A stretch of 64,000 nucleotides of DNA from Dicyema japonicum (Eukaryota > Animalia > Dicyemida), in NCBI GenBank assembly GCA_011109175.1, contig RDEW01000019.1:495482-559481 (forward strand). Reading direction: 5' to 3'. Positions 35,380 to 49,379 of this stretch are shown piece after piece (within the stretch, counting starts at the first letter, position 1; every line of letters starts with the position of its first letter). The notes under the pieces are model-generated. The model was not told the origin of the DNA. It ran no database searches and was given only the letters and a program-made list of their open reading frames with translations. The translations under genes and the position numbers were made by a program.

Positions 35380-36720
35380 TGGTTTTTGATAAATACGATT
35401 TTTCCAGTGTGTGTCTTAGACATACGCGAAATTGAGAGACGTCACCACCTCAGCCAAGAACGTGGTTGTGGTGTGGTTATGCCATTTGTGATAAGAGCTC
35501 CGACAAAAAACATTATTAAAACCAAAATGGTCGTGACATCTAATGTCATGCGGAGACATTGAAACAAACACAGAATCTATAGCATTCGTCCAACTAAATA
35601 TTAATAGAGTCAAAACCAGATCATTGAATCAAGGAACCTTGCTAATGATATTTTACTAATACAAGAATCAGAACATCCGAGCGGAGACGTGATACCGAAG
35701 TTCCTTTGTTACTCGTAATCCGTTGTGGCGGACATAAAAAACTTGAAGGTTCATGAGTCTAGATTTCTTAGGAGAATATGATCACTACGTCTACATTTCG
35801 AACTCTCGTTTGCGAAAATTCAAATCCCACGACTCTCTCGCAGCGATCAACGAATGTCCTTGCCCACAATTTCATTCTCATTTGCAACTTTCACAATTTC
35901 TTTCCTTATTCTGCCCAAAAAACTTTAATTTGTGAAGACTTAAATGTGGAGGTGATAATTTTCGGACGTTCCCTTGACCAGCTTATGATAAAAAGAGGAA
36001 ATTCTAATTGACCATCTGTTCAACCTTAGAATCTTAATCAAACCGACCGCCAATACACGAGCATCTAGTTGACATAATGATAAGCTATCCCCCGATCTCC
36101 CACTGGTTTCGCCATCTCTGGTTTCGTTAATCAGTTGATTTGTCAAAACGACACTTTAAGCGACCATAACCCAATCTTTTAGAGAATAAAGATACGATCA
36201 AATTCAGACATTTTCTAACCTTAATCGACTATTTCCTTCCCAGTTAGAAAGGCATCAGCTCTCGCATATAAGTATGACTTCACTAGAATGCATACCTTCA
36301 ACGGGGAAATTGATAAATTCGTCAAAGACAAAGGCACAGAACATTGAACAAAGCTATTTACACTTTCGTTAGACATCTGGAAAACCGGTTACTGCATCGC
36401 TGAACAGAATGACAGCTCTGAAGATTATCTTATCATTATCCAGCCAATAGTGTTCTGCCAAGTGGTCAATGGTCATTTTCACTTCCTCCCTGCACAGATT
36501 ATCTACAATCTAGGAAGCCGCTGAGTCATTTGTCCTAATTCCAAACCTAAACAGTCCTTTATAAAATCATTTTCAGATATTTTGAAAACCCGTCAATATA
36601 TGAGCTGACATTATTCCCAACGAGGAGACCAATACCTGATGCCAGTTTTACGACGGTATTGGTTTCTCTTTTTGTCGGTCTGATCAATGGTCACTTAAAT
36701 TGCTGAGTGTTTTTTCTTTG
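35380..36720 (+). mobile_element. Degenerate APE LINE 5' half with 2A relic
   Basis: LMSCGDIETNTES-IAFVQLNINRV, NDILLIQE, VIIFG, LSDHNPI. Confidence 0.7.
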
Positions 36721-38289
36721 TAGATAAGATGACGTCCTTTAAAAAAATAATTCATGTTCTGAATTCATAAAACTAGAAAATCTCAAAACTTGAGGAGAAA
36801 AGGTCCGAATCGTTTTCATGAAAGACGGATACTGTCTTTTATGACTCATTTTGACCACATCATGAAGATTGACGTTAACATGGCTGTAAATATTTCGATA
36901 GATTACTACTTACTGGAATCTATTATTACGCTTTTGGAAATTGTTATTAAGACCATGTAAAAATAAAACTGAGAAACAGTGAAGACTTTTGTGATCTGAG
37001 AATTTAGCTTATAGCAGAAGTGCGTGTAAATTATCATTGGATAAAGTCATCACTGGGCACAAGTTTTATTAATAACAAAAAATTGGCACTTATAGAATTA
37101 CAAGATATTATGATGTGTCACATAGATTGTCATCAAAACGTCGATCTATTCACTTCGTATGGACTAGATGAACTGATGAAACATCAGCTAAACAAGTTTT
37201 GGATTTGAATTCCGACATGCATTATTAGACACAAAAGTATGACAATTATTAATGAAGGTCACTTCAAAAGCATGATTGAAAGTGACAGATATGTATTCTG
37301 TTAAGACATGCTGTTATATTTTAAGTACTTTTAACTTTGATCTCCAAACACTACAAGAGTTTATATTATTTTGGTAGCAATGAGGGCATATATCCTCATT
37401 TTTGCTGAATCAGCATTCAAAAAAATACTCGATAAGCTGAGACAAAGAATTAAACTATTCTTCCTTTAAGCACTTAATGAAAGCGGGGACATAGTTTCGC
37501 GAAGATCTAGAAGTTGATGATAACTAGAAAATAATGGAAGGGATCATAGCTTCTCTTCTAAGGAAAGAGTTTTTTATTAGTAATAAAACATTTGTGAATT
37601 AATAAATTAACTAATAATTCTCTTATTTTTTAAATCAATAGATTTATTTTCAAAAACACAAAATCAATCAAAAATGGTCCCGCCGACATAATCGACAGAG
37701 ATCATCTGGATAAGCAACCGAGTCTCACGTGTGTCGTGGCTTTTTAGTGTTACTTTTTTCTTATTATTCATGAAAGCTGATGAGAATCATTCGTCCAAAT
37801 TTATATTTGACCGAATTTGAACTCAGAGCGCAGTGTATCAAAACTTTCACATTTAGTCTATCCAAACAAGAAGGGAAACGAAAGATTACATCCATTTTAA
37901 GAAGATAAAATACTCACAGATCGAATTTTTTTAGTCAACCTCTTTTCAGAGTCAGGAATGCTCGGCACAAGAGTGCTAAAATTTGTTAAAATGATCGTTG
38001 TTTAGTTAAATCACAAAAGGAAAAGCATTGAACGACATGTCGGCTCTTCCAGAAAATAAGGCTTTCGATCCTGAAATGTAGCCCAAAAACCAGTGGTAAA
38101 CATTTGCAGGTTTAATTACTTTAACTATAAGTAATTGAAATATTTTTGCAAAACAGTAAATGAAATAGTAAACAAAAATTAATGGGTTATTTGAAGCAAA
38201 AAATTGTTCTTTTCATTTAAACTCGAAATTTTTTTTCAAACGAACAATTTGTTACTCAAAAATGTGAAATAATGGTCAATAAAGTGAAA

Positions 38290-38930
38290 TAATGGTCCCT
38301 GACTGCGTGGCTATTCCCACTCAGGATGTCGGCGAGATTCACTCAAATAATCAGCAACACTCACGGGATCTCCTAATCGTGTAGAGATCCGATTCCCTAG
38401 ACGTCTCGAGAATTTCAACGTAGCAGGCACAAGGTTACCGGAAGTCTCAACGGCGGGTGGAATAAAAAAATCATTTGGTAGGACCGCGTACTTTGCCTGT
38501 TTTACCCTCTCAGCCTTCTCAGCGATCGAACAGGCTCCAGAGGCACTCTGGAGTCGGTTGTAGGGGCAAACGTATCGGTGCAGGTGACGTCCAGAAAATA
38601 GGTTTACCGACTTCAAAGAGAAGATGGTCATCCCATCTGGTCGTTTCGCATCACGCTTGTAAAGACCGCCTGGTTCGAGCATGAAGGGGTATCCGATGGC
38701 GTTCAAAGCTCGCTTAACGACTTCGTTCAAGGCCATTTCTTGACAAGGGTGTTACAGGGCATTAGCGACGAGAGATATGCAGGGAAAGATATTTCTACGG
38801 GATTGCGAATTTCAACCCCTGCGCGTCTGATTGACAGTGTGGCCTGCTTCCATGAGTATTCCTCAAACCGTTGATGATACGATCGCTGTTGAACGGAAGA
38901 TCCCGTCAATTTTTGCGAATTGGTCACACT
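38290..38930 (-). mobile_element. CRE-like element, restriction-like endonuclease region
   Basis: LNEVVKRAL, LEPGGLYKRDAKRPDGMTI, WTSPAPIR/DVTCTD across a frameshift, KQAKYA, FIPPAVETSG. Confidence 0.85.
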
Positions 38931-39947
38931 ATGTGAAATAAATATTTTTCTAATTCAAATAATATTTATTGTGCTGTTAAGTTATTTATTTATTAAATCA
39001 AGTGACTAATATTAACCGCAGTTTGATTTTTTGACAAGTTAACCAACCGATATTGCGTTTTATGTTACCAGCATTAAAGAAACAATGACACATATATTTT
39101 CGATGAAATAAATATTACCTTGATTCAATTTTGAAAGTTGAATTTAGAGAAAAATCTGTTTTAAATAGACTTATCATTTTCTTTTAATAATAATTAAAAA
39201 TCGCATATAAAAATCGAGTCAGACCAGTAAACTTAGTGGTTTGAAGATTGAAGTAATGATGTACCTCTATTACATAGAATGTTTACTTTGGTCTCATGAT
39301 GGATAAAGCCCAAGTCTTCCTTCTTCTTTGAGCATGGACGAAGTAACAGTAACAGAGACATTGGAAATTTGAACTTCTGAACAAAGAAAGCATCAGGTGC
39401 GCATTTGATATACACATGAATCTCGTCCTGGCCAAAATTGAAAGAACTTGAAGGATCAATGTTATAAATTGCATGCATGTGTTTCGGTTTGAATGGTAAT
39501 AAATAAAAAAACGTCTTTTCAACGACCAAACTGACATTTTTGATATTATCAGCAAGATTTGTGATAAATTGAAATAAAATTATTCAATTTACTTTAGAAT
39601 TTAACAGTGATATAGAAACTACGGAAACGAGCGGTTTACACAAATAGCGAAATCGACGTAATATTTTAAAATAAGCGAATGTTAAAGATGACAGGTATTG
39701 TAATATTTGGTTTTCACTAAAAATAGCAAAATATCAATAAAATATAAAATTAATAGCTAAATTAATATTCCACCCGCTATTTTGATTACTAATAGATAGC
39801 TTCGATAACACAACTATCTTATGGGTATATTATCTTACCGCTGCTCTTCAAAAGCACTTTGGGGAATATTATCTGTATTTGCACATTTTGAATTGCTTTT
39901 ATTTTAATCTATTATAATTTTTTGAATTATTCCTTTAACCTTTGTAA

Positions 39948-40825
39948 ATGTATTTTTGCGTTTTCATCTTATCATTTCTAGTAGAATCTCAATGTCATCG
40001 ATGTCAAACTTTTATTGAGGATGATTTTGTGATCAAAGTAGAAAACGAAGGAAGTGTGATGCTTTGGCATGAAAACTGCTTTAAATGTATCTCATGTGGA
40101 TTGAATTTGTCTCTTAATAAGACTTGCTTGTTGAAGGATAAAACACATCTTTATTGCCGTGAAGATTATTTAAAGTGGTTTATAATATTTTCATTTTACT
40201 AGATTAAATGAATTTCACTGTAAAATTTGTGGAGAAATAATAAGTATGGTTGATAGCGCTTTCAAACACGAAAAATATTTGTATCACGTAAATTGCTTTG
40301 CTTGCGAAAAATTTTTACAAGCCTCATGCGGGGGATTTGTTTTTTTCTCTAAAAGGTCGTTTGTTTTGCTCAAATCATTGCGAAACTGACTGCAAGGTCA
40401 CAAACAATGAAGCCGATAACAATTTAATCAGCTATATTCGTCAACTTGAAGGTATTATTTTTTTTTTATTTTCTAAAATTGACAAATTTCATTTAATTTT
40501 TAATAATTTAATGAAAATGATTATTTTAGACGGTGAATTTGAAATGTGTAAATTCCAATCAAATCAATTTCAAAATAACTACAGTTTATGTTACCCCAAT
40601 AAAGACCAAACGGAAAATATACAAAGATTAAAAAGTCCTCGATTTCGCACTGTATATACGGATGATCAATTATACACCTTAAATAAATTTTATAAGGAAA
40701 ATACAAGACCAGATTCCCTTATGAGGGGGCGGATTGCAAAAATAACAGGTCTTGATCCCAGATCTATCCGTATATGGTTCCAGAATAAACGCAGTAAAGA
40801 AAAGAAAAACGTACTGTGTCTATAA
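39948..40825 (+). CDS. ISL: Islet-class LIM-homeodomain transcription factor (LIM1, LIM2, homeodomain); start uncertain, one frameshift in LIM2
   Basis: LIM1 CHRC..WHENCFKCISC..LYCREDY; intron 40175-40202; LIM2 CKIC..YHVNCFAC..LFCSNH; probable intron 40452-40529; homeodomain RFRTVY..RPDSLMR..TGLDPRSIRIWFQNKRSKEKK with Islet-type RPDxLM and WFQNKRxKxKK. Confidence 0.88.
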
Positions 40826-41529
40826 TGACATTCATATTTTTGTCAATATAAAAAAAAAACTTTATTACTTTAAGAAGAACGTGTTTTTATTTCAAAACAT
40901 GATTCAAATGGAGTAGTTCTGTTTTCTGCAGACTCGATTGATTAGGAAAATTACAGATAAACAAAAAAACGATAAAATAAAATTTTCTGAAAAATTATTT
41001 TTGTTAGTTTCGCCTGATTAAAAAACTGACAACAATTTTATGGATAAAATATCAAAATCGTTAGCACTTCAAATTTGCTTAAAAGATGATTACGAAACAG
41101 CAGGTTGTAAATTGGTGACAGCAGACGATCTTGACGATGTTCGAATGATGGCCAAAAACAAGATGGCGTTGGCGTGGATGGCGAGGATGATAGCTTCTAA
41201 TATGACTCAAGCGAAACCCTTTTAGGGTCACGTCAAAGAGTACTTAACTAACTAGCTCTGCATTAAGAAAAGACAGCGGACATTCAAAGGGCGATAACAA
41301 TTCCAAAGCGATTAATTTGAATGTTTTGGACAGAATCATAAAATTTAATAACCATGGATATTAATTTTAATTATTAAAGAATTCCGTCATATGCAGTTTT
41401 AATTTTGAAGGCCAAGATCAAAATCTTTTGTAGAATCAGTTATTAACATGAATGTCGATTAATCTCAAAGGCCGTATTAATTTATTTCATCTCAAGGATA
41501 AATGAAAATTATTGTCTAGGTTTTAATCA

Positions 41530-41860
41530 GTTCGAAGATAGGAAACCGTTATTTTGGGATACAACATGTGTCGACTCTGTCCCCCACCTAAATCATCCGG
41601 ATAACAGTAAAAGAACTTTCCGCTGCTGAGAAAGCAAGAGAGATAAAGAAAAGAAATACTTAGTATTCTCGACCGATGTACTTTCCGGATATTGCTGTCG
41701 AGACAACCAGGGCAATAAGTCCATGATCTTCCTCGAGAAACTCGCATGTATTGCCTCACTCAGAAACCACGATGACCGTTAAGCACAATGGCTTATCCAG
41801 TTGGTCTCCATAGCGGTCCAGAGGAGAAACGCCGCATCATTAAGGTCAGCGCGATTAAAA
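41530..41860 (+). mobile_element. CRE-like RLE 3' fragment
   Basis: WDTTCVDS, IAVET.G, SIAVQRRNAASL. Confidence 0.7.
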
Positions 41861-42227
41861 TAATTACTTTCTAATTGTTTTCTTTTCTTCAAAAAAATCA
41901 GTTTAGTAAAATAATATAGAAAATGTTTAATTCAGTAGATCTCAGTTGAAAGTGTCTTCTTTATGCAATAAAATTAAAATTACAATATTTAAATTTTAGA
42001 AAACTAAAAGGTGCTTGTTTAGTAACTTTAGAGAATAAGGACACTGATACAAGCTCAAAGGACTTCAAATAGTCCGAGGAAGATTTCTTTTGAGTAGTCA
42101 GTTAATCGGACCATTTTATTTATTAAAGTTAATATTTTTTTTGATGAAGTTGAACTTAAAGTCTTTATAGGCTTACAAATTAGCTAGAAAGAATTGACAT
42201 TCAGCATAAAATGAAATTCATTAGAGA

Positions 42228-42558
42228 AGCCGGTGGCATGGTGGTTAGGTGTCGGGCAAAGTGGCTTAGAGCACGGTTCGCTTCACGCTGCTGTTTCACC
42301 TGGTGGAAGGTTCCACGTATCTACGATGCTAAAAAGAGCTTGACGAGTGACGCCGTCATCAGTGGACATTTGCCGCGGAACTGGATAGTCTAAAAGGACA
42401 TACACCAATAGAAAAAGAAAACAAAAAGTGAAGAGTATTCTTGATCCTCCCCGATTAGCTATTATGACTGTTTTTTACTTAAAAATAAAGTGTTTGTTCT
42501 CCCTGTAAGGAGCGATAACTGATATGGCTCCTCAGAAAGTGCGAACATTATTATTATT
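42228..42558 (+). mobile_element. SINE family A, diverged full-length copy
   Basis: Colinear with 31407-31734. Confidence 0.9.
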
Positions 42559-42989
42559 AAAGGAGATTATTTGGTCGAGTTTTTAGAGATTACTGACGGG
42601 ATCTATAAGTGCTACCATACAGTCAGCTTTAACCTCGTTGTTTGAAATTTTATAAAATTATTAGTTTCTTTTTGTTCATGTGAGAATTTAGTGCGGTGAT
42701 TTATATATAAAAAATCCAATCTTTCGGGAAGTCTATAAGAGTGAGTACATAAATCAAGAAGGAATTTCTGTTGTTGCAGGACAAAAATGTGTAACCTGTA
42801 TTCTTAGAAGAAATTCATAATCTATTAGGAGATGAACTATCAAAAATACATCAGGTTAACCTTAACGAGCACATGTCTTGTCTGGCCATTTAGTCTCTAA
42901 AAGAATAGTTGGAAAAAATCTCCTGTTTCCTTACCAATAAGTCACAGCTCTATAAAAGCCGCAATTGATAGTTCAGTAAAATGTACTAA

Positions 42990-43925
42990 AAAAATGCTCC
43001 TGGAAATGCCAAGGTCACTCACCCAGGCTCCCAATGAATATTTAGGGTATCTTTAACTGCATTGAAAATTGACAAAGGTCTAGATAATACGTAAATAAGT
43101 GAAATCTATATGCTTGATAACAAGTTGTCGGCCAATAAGCCACATAATGACAATTTTCTGAATTATGGAAAGAATTGTGTTTAAAAGACGTTCTGAACAG
43201 GTGGAGCGCAACAATATTCTAAAAGAGCAGCATTGGGATTTCGCAAAAATCGATTTTGTGGGGACTTTGCGAAATATTAACGTAAGACTTTTAATGCTAA
43301 AGAACGCTTGACTGTAATCTACTTTGACATATCCAAAGCTCTTCACATTGTGCGGCATCTTGGACTTCTTTTATGTCTTGCAAGATATAACATTGAGAGG
43401 GAATTTTATCTTTGGCTACGAAGTTTTCTTTCGGACAGACAGTCAATTGTGAATTTTTTTCATAACTTATGACATCACTTTAAACCCTTTTTTATCTGAG
43501 AATCGTTTGAAAAGATATATGGATTATGTTTAAAAGTGGTTTAGTGCAAACTCTTTTCGTTGCACATAAGTCTGGTTTGTTAAGGGTTACTGGAAGCAGG
43601 AGGTCGACTAATCTACAGAGCTTTACAAGACATATCCCCGAAGAAGACAGTGTATATCTTGGCCTCCATATCGATGAGAAAGGTAATTTTATTCAACATG
43701 CAAAAACACACAAGAAAACAGAAAACTCTCTGTTAAGCATGAGAAAATTAAAACTCGAACCGGAGACCTTTATTATTTGTACAACTTCCTGATTCTGCAT
43801 GATTCTTCTTGTTATAATGTTTTGAGGAATGGCATGACTCAAAAAGAAGGGTTCAATTTTCAAGAAAGTTGAGAAAACACGGAATTTTGCTTTTACGCTT
43901 GTTTACGTGCCAAATTTTAAGGAGC
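42990..43925 (+). mobile_element. Degenerate LINE RT fragment
   Basis: RPISHI..IMERIVFKR, DISKA, WLRSFLSDR, YLGLHID. Confidence 0.65.
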
Positions 43926-46472
43926 CTATTTCTCAAATACAAGGTTGGGTGAATTATCGAGAATCTTATTCGATGCTTCAAAAACCGCATAAAAGTAAAT
44001 GGGACTTATCTTAAGAGTTAAAAAAAGTTGGTTGGCAGGCTCAACCATTTCGTAATTTCTTTCCTTAACTTTCGAAAGAAAAGGGATCAACGAGAAGGGT
44101 TCTGGCTTAGACAAAAGATTGGAATGGCCATACTCCTAGGGAACTCGTTTGCGATCCATGCAGCCAGCTTCCTCAACTACCATTTGTTTTTTTGTTGAAT
44201 AATTTATTTTAAATCAATGTTTCCTTTAATAAAGTGTTTGTAACTAAAAATATCTTAATCAAAATTTCGAACGAATTGTTAAACCAACTGCGAATTCAAA
44301 GAGATATATGTAACTACAAAGATATAAACGGTGAAGGAAACCAAAAAGCAAACTGCAACAGCGCAGGTGAAAAAATGCAATGATATAAAAAACGGAAATA
44401 GAAAAGAAGATTAATGATGCAGTGAAAAGACTAAAAAACAGAATATTTTAAATATTGAGCTATCTGCCATCGATAAGAGTATAGATAGCATCAAATTTGC
44501 AATTCATTATAAAGATTCAAATTCATAAAAACGTTAGAAGGGTCCTAGAGAATTTCACCTCAAATTTAATGAGAAAGCAGATAAAACCTACCTTTTTTCT
44601 CGAACGACAACCATAAGATGGTGGAAATACAAATGTATCAATCTGAGATTGTTCTGAAGAGTGTAACTATATGGGTTAAAGAGAATGATTTTCCGGTTTA
44701 TGTTAAACAGTTTACCCTTAGCACTTGGTCGGAAAGAAATTTCGTATCATAAAATCTAGGGCATAAGCCTCTCCAATCGATTTTTATCTATGTAATCTGA
44801 AGTTTGAAAACCGTGGATTATTGCATCAGCTCAGTGTGAGTTTGTTGGATGTTCGTTGTGTCGGCGAATGAGTCAAAATCCTTTACGAATGAACTAAAGA
44901 GATTACTGAGTTCTGTTCAAATCCGTTGGCCATTCTATGTGGAGATTTAAGAACACATGGTTCAGTTAAGAATAACATGGCTGGCAAGCTATGAAGGAGC
45001 TAGGCGAAGTCCTTTGTGTGAGAGTCCTTTATTCGAAGGAAGACGATCATTACTCTTTGTTCAGATGAGACAAGCAGGAACAATCGACTACTATGAATCC
45101 ATGGTGGAACAAACTTCACATGGAAATCTCTCTGACAGAAGTAAAGATGGTCATAAAAGTTTTCAAGAATAAAGTATCAGAACCAGGATTTTAAAGAAGG
45201 TCTGGAAATCCTGTTCGAATCCCCACGGAATATGTACCACGTGTTCCTCATTGTTGGAAAACTAAGATTTTACAGATGCTAGCAAAGTCAGGAAAATCGT
45301 AGAGGAATCCGTCAAGCTTGAGTAGTGATATTTCTCCAAACACAAGAAAGTTGAGGAGAGCTCTCCATAAACGACTCGATTAAACCCTAGACGAGGATGA
45401 TGATACGCTGTTAGAGAAGCCGTAGAGAAGAAAATGTGGAACTTCCCAAAAAAGAAATGTAACTATTGAATCTCATATCGCCAAGCATTAAATATAAGAG
45501 GGATGAGATTACGTTTTTGTGTTAATAAAAATCAAAAAAACATATCATTATCGATCCAGATTTTTTTATTGGAAAATCACGTACATTAGAACTACGTCAC
45601 AAGTTGGATTAAACTAATTAGATTCTAAGAGTTGACCCTAAAAATTATTCCTCAGAAGTTGACTGACCATAACTTACATAATAAAGACTCGTTGGGAACA
45701 CGAGATTTCATACATGGTGAAGTAGAGCTCATAAATATGCATGAATGTGAGGAAACTCACAAGGACATAACTATGCGAGGATGAAATTTTTAAAAGAGCA
45801 ACCGGGGTCTCTCGTTAAAAACCCCCAAAACATATTTGACGCTAGCCTGAGGCTTGAATTTGAAATTGTCTGTTATCAGGATGGTTTCGAAACAGAGAAA
45901 ACCAAAGGACTTGTCAAGCTACCAGCCAATAATCCTAATACGTTCGTTACCAAAGATAATGGTATGAATAATCTTAATGAGATTATCAAATCCGTTGAAT
46001 CAAGGAATGTGCTATAGAAGAGTCCAGGGTACTAAATTCTCTCATGAGCTATCCTAACTTATCTTCCTTGCAAATAACACATACGTTGCATCACGTGATA
46101 CATATAGCTAACAGATGATCACTTCCAATTAAGATTCACAACTTTGGTCGTCAAAAAAAGTATTGGTAGCGTTGGAGAGTGAATCTTAAGTTTTGTCACT
46201 TTCTTCCATTGTTTAGAATTTCGAATTTCTGATGTCTCCCATATCTGTCACATCAACCGTGCTCACGAGGAGAAAGACAAGGGTTTTCAACAGTCATGAA
46301 GCTCATTAAACGTTTCATGCAATAGAGGTACGTCACCATCTCAACCATCCGACTAAATAACCACGTAGCTAACCTCATACGTTATAGGCAAAAATAGCAA
46401 CAACAAAATTCAAATAAATTTAAGCCAAATAAAATATAAAAACTTTAAAATAAAAAATTCAAATATTAGTTT

Positions 46473-46817
46473 TCAATTTATTATTTGTTCAACCTCCCTC
46501 TTACCGAAGAGCCTTAGAAAATATTCATCTACGGTTTCATGCTGGTCTTCTGTGATGTCACCAAAGAGGGAACTGTAGTCTGGAATGAATTCATCTTTGA
46601 ATGAATATTGATTTTCATCTATTGATGATTCATGTACTGGAAAATACTCGTTGTCGTCCAATTTGATGAGTCTGATGACATTCCGGGATGTCACTCTCCT
46701 TGTGGTACTAGACTCCTGAATCCTGTAAGAAAATAAAGATTCAATAGAGTTTACATTTAGAAGAGTGGAAACACCCGTTCTAAAAAATTCGTCAATTACA
46801 TTAACAGAGACAGTCAT
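46473..46817 (-). CDS. Hypothetical protein, 114 aa
   Basis: Uninterrupted ATG-initiated ORF forming a higher-GC island between very AT-rich flanks, as the recognised genes do. No motif recognised. Confidence 0.35.
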   Translation of the reverse strand: MTVSVNVIDEFFRTGVSTLLNVNSIESLFSYRIQESSTTRRVTSRNVIRLIKLDDNEYFPVHESSIDENQYSFKDEFIPDYSSLFGDITEDQHETVDEYFLRLFGKREVEQIIN

Positions 46818-46899
46818 TCCACGTGAAACAATATATTTTATGACGTAAATTTAATTTAAATAAATTGTTAATTAAATTCTAAATTAAGAAATAAAATTA

Positions 46900-47520
46900 T
46901 TTTTAAATCGTTGAAATATTCTATATATGGAAATTGACCCTCGGCATGAAAAGACCCTTATGTACTCTATTGATATACAGAAGGCTTTTGACTCGAAGAT
47001 TTTTGGCTCTAATATACCAAACAATTTGAAAATTTGGCTTATAAACGTCCTCGACGGAAGAAGAGGATGAGTAATTTCACATTCTTTATTTTCTGTCACT
47101 AAACTTTTGCCGAATATGGTCTCACAAGTATTCCCGAGATTTACTGGAAAACCTGAACTGTTGGCTTACGAGGAACCTATTGCACACAAGTCCTGAAAAG
47201 TAGAGTTCAATGATTTTCACTAAAAATAGAAGACGGATAAACTCGGTACCTTTTTTGACCATTGATGGAATATCAATCCACTCCACTAACTATATCAAAA
47301 TACTGGAGATCACATACGACACCTTTGTGAACTTTATCAACGTCATCTTCTCCCAACAAAAACTAAATTTTGTAAATACTGAAGTGTGTCGGCTATCGGG
47401 AGGAACACGAAGAAAAGATGATGATGCTGCTTAAGGAGGCCGGGATAAACGGAGGGCACCCACTCTCTTGTATTTTATTTTGTCTGTGATTCTTGGTTTT
47501 AAAATAAAATAAATAAATAC
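46900..47520 (+). mobile_element. Degenerate Ingi/Vingi-like RT to 3' end
   Basis: SIDIQKAFDS, KIWLINVLDGR, KILEITYD, LLKEAGI; tail similar to 15510-15620. Confidence 0.7.
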
Positions 47521-47757
47521 TATTTTGCAAGTCCGATATGGGAAATGCAGATTTAACGCTCCTTGTCATTGAAATTGTCCTCAATTCAAGGAGACTGGAG
47601 TAAAGTTGATTGAACCAGAACACAAGATTCAAGATAAATTGCTGCCATATTATATTGAGAATAAATATACTTTTCAATAAAAACATTCTAATAAAATATC
47701 AGTTATTGGATTAAGATTTATATTAAACATAAATTAAAAAAAATTAATAAATAATTA

Positions 47758-47828
47758 GGCCTTATAGCTCAGTGGTAGAGCATTGGTCTTGTAAACCAAG
47801 GGTCGAGGGTTCGACTCCCTCTGGGCCT
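47758..47828 (+). tRNA. trnT: tRNA-Thr(UGU)
   Basis: D arm GCTC/GAGC, anticodon stem TTGGT/ACCAA with TGT at 47790-47792, T arm GAGGG-TTCGACT-CCCTC, followed by a T-run terminator. The 3' acceptor strand lacks one G. Confidence 0.92.
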
Positions 47829-49379
47829 TTTATTTTATTTAAAAATTATTTTTAGGAAAAAAAATTTTACGACAAATTTAAATTTTTATTTCATTCTCTT
47901 TTATTATCATTTTGACTTGTATTACTGATGTTTTTCATGTAGAGTGTTTAAATCAGACGTCAAAGACTAGCAGAAGAGCAACTCCAACGGGGATTGTATT
48001 CCTGTTAAGCAGAGTTCAACTCCCCGACCGGGAATGCATGAGCCAGGTCCCTACATTATCAGCAGTTGCTGCAGTCAGACAATATTCTTCATAGTGATTT
48101 ATCTAGGGTTCTAAGACAAACCATAGGAGGAAGTATCAATCAACAATAACGTTGTTTGTCTCGTTGAATCGATTTCTGCTTATTGAAGAAGTGGTTTTCC
48201 AGCGATCGTGGTGATTAAAAGCCCCCCTCTCCCGATGGGATTACTGTCTTGACCTTCTCTCGAAGGAAATGCCTGATTTGGGATGGGCATGCACATACAC
48301 CTTTTTCCCAGTCAAGATTTTCAGACTACACTTTAAAAGCTATGTAGACAACACAAGCATTTGACAACTCTAAAATAGGAAAATATGACAGTCTCTCTAC
48401 CAGATTCCATGAACATCCCGTTGTCTCTAGACCAGAAGAGTCTTTGGGTACAAGATTGTCTTTTTTCTATGATCACTTGAGTAAATGATATCGAAAGTGA
48501 GTAATGAGTGTCAGGAAACTAAATAGTTGTTTCAAAGGATTTCTCTGGAAGTTGGGAAAACAACTATTCATTCTCTTATTGGATTATTTTGATTGTTTTG
48601 CTAAGTAATAAATTGTTTTTGTTAAAAAAGCATAAAACTATTACTGAAAATTATGGAAAAATACTTAATTTTTATAATTAGCTAAGGATTATCGTTTCCA
48701 AATCTCTGAAAATCACTCTTTTTTAGTTGAGTTGTTTATTAAGAGACAAAATCGAAATAGTTGTCAACGTGGCTACTTTCTCTAAGGACTTTGATTAAGA
48801 TGCTCTCAAAAAGCTATCAGTGTTCTCAGAAATCACCAAACCGAGATTAGACTTCCAACTACTCAGAAAAAGGCGTGGGACGAATGTCCGAAAGCTCCGG
48901 AAGTTTCCACGGGGTAGATAACGAAGTCACGTAATGGGGAAGGTCAACATATTTTTTCACTTGGGGCACTGGTTCGTATGGGTAGAAGGTTGCATTTTTT
49001 TGATTTTTAAAGTGACATATATCAATTCTCTTATTATCAGAATTTTATTTTTTATGATGGCAACCATAATTTTCTACTGTGATTTTTAGCGTGCTACATT
49101 TTTTTGAGGCTTCTTACAAAGGTTATGTGAAAGATAGTTTACAATATCGAACTTTAAAAGACATTTTACGTAATAAATTAAGTTTAACCATTGGCCCATG
49201 CCTAGTTGGTGGGCTATGTGACATATTTCAACAGCTTTACATTAGAATCAATTATTTCTCTTTTTCTCACATCATTTAAAAGTCGTCCCAAAAACTTGAT
49301 CCAAGATTCCATTTAAAGAACCAAATAAATCTGTTGAGAAAAACAAAAAGTTACTATTTAAAGAACGAAATAAATCTGT

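Noticed and set aside
39233-39529. Faint resemblance to a BBS9/PTHB1 segment
   Set aside because: A few residues only; cannot be supported without a profile search.
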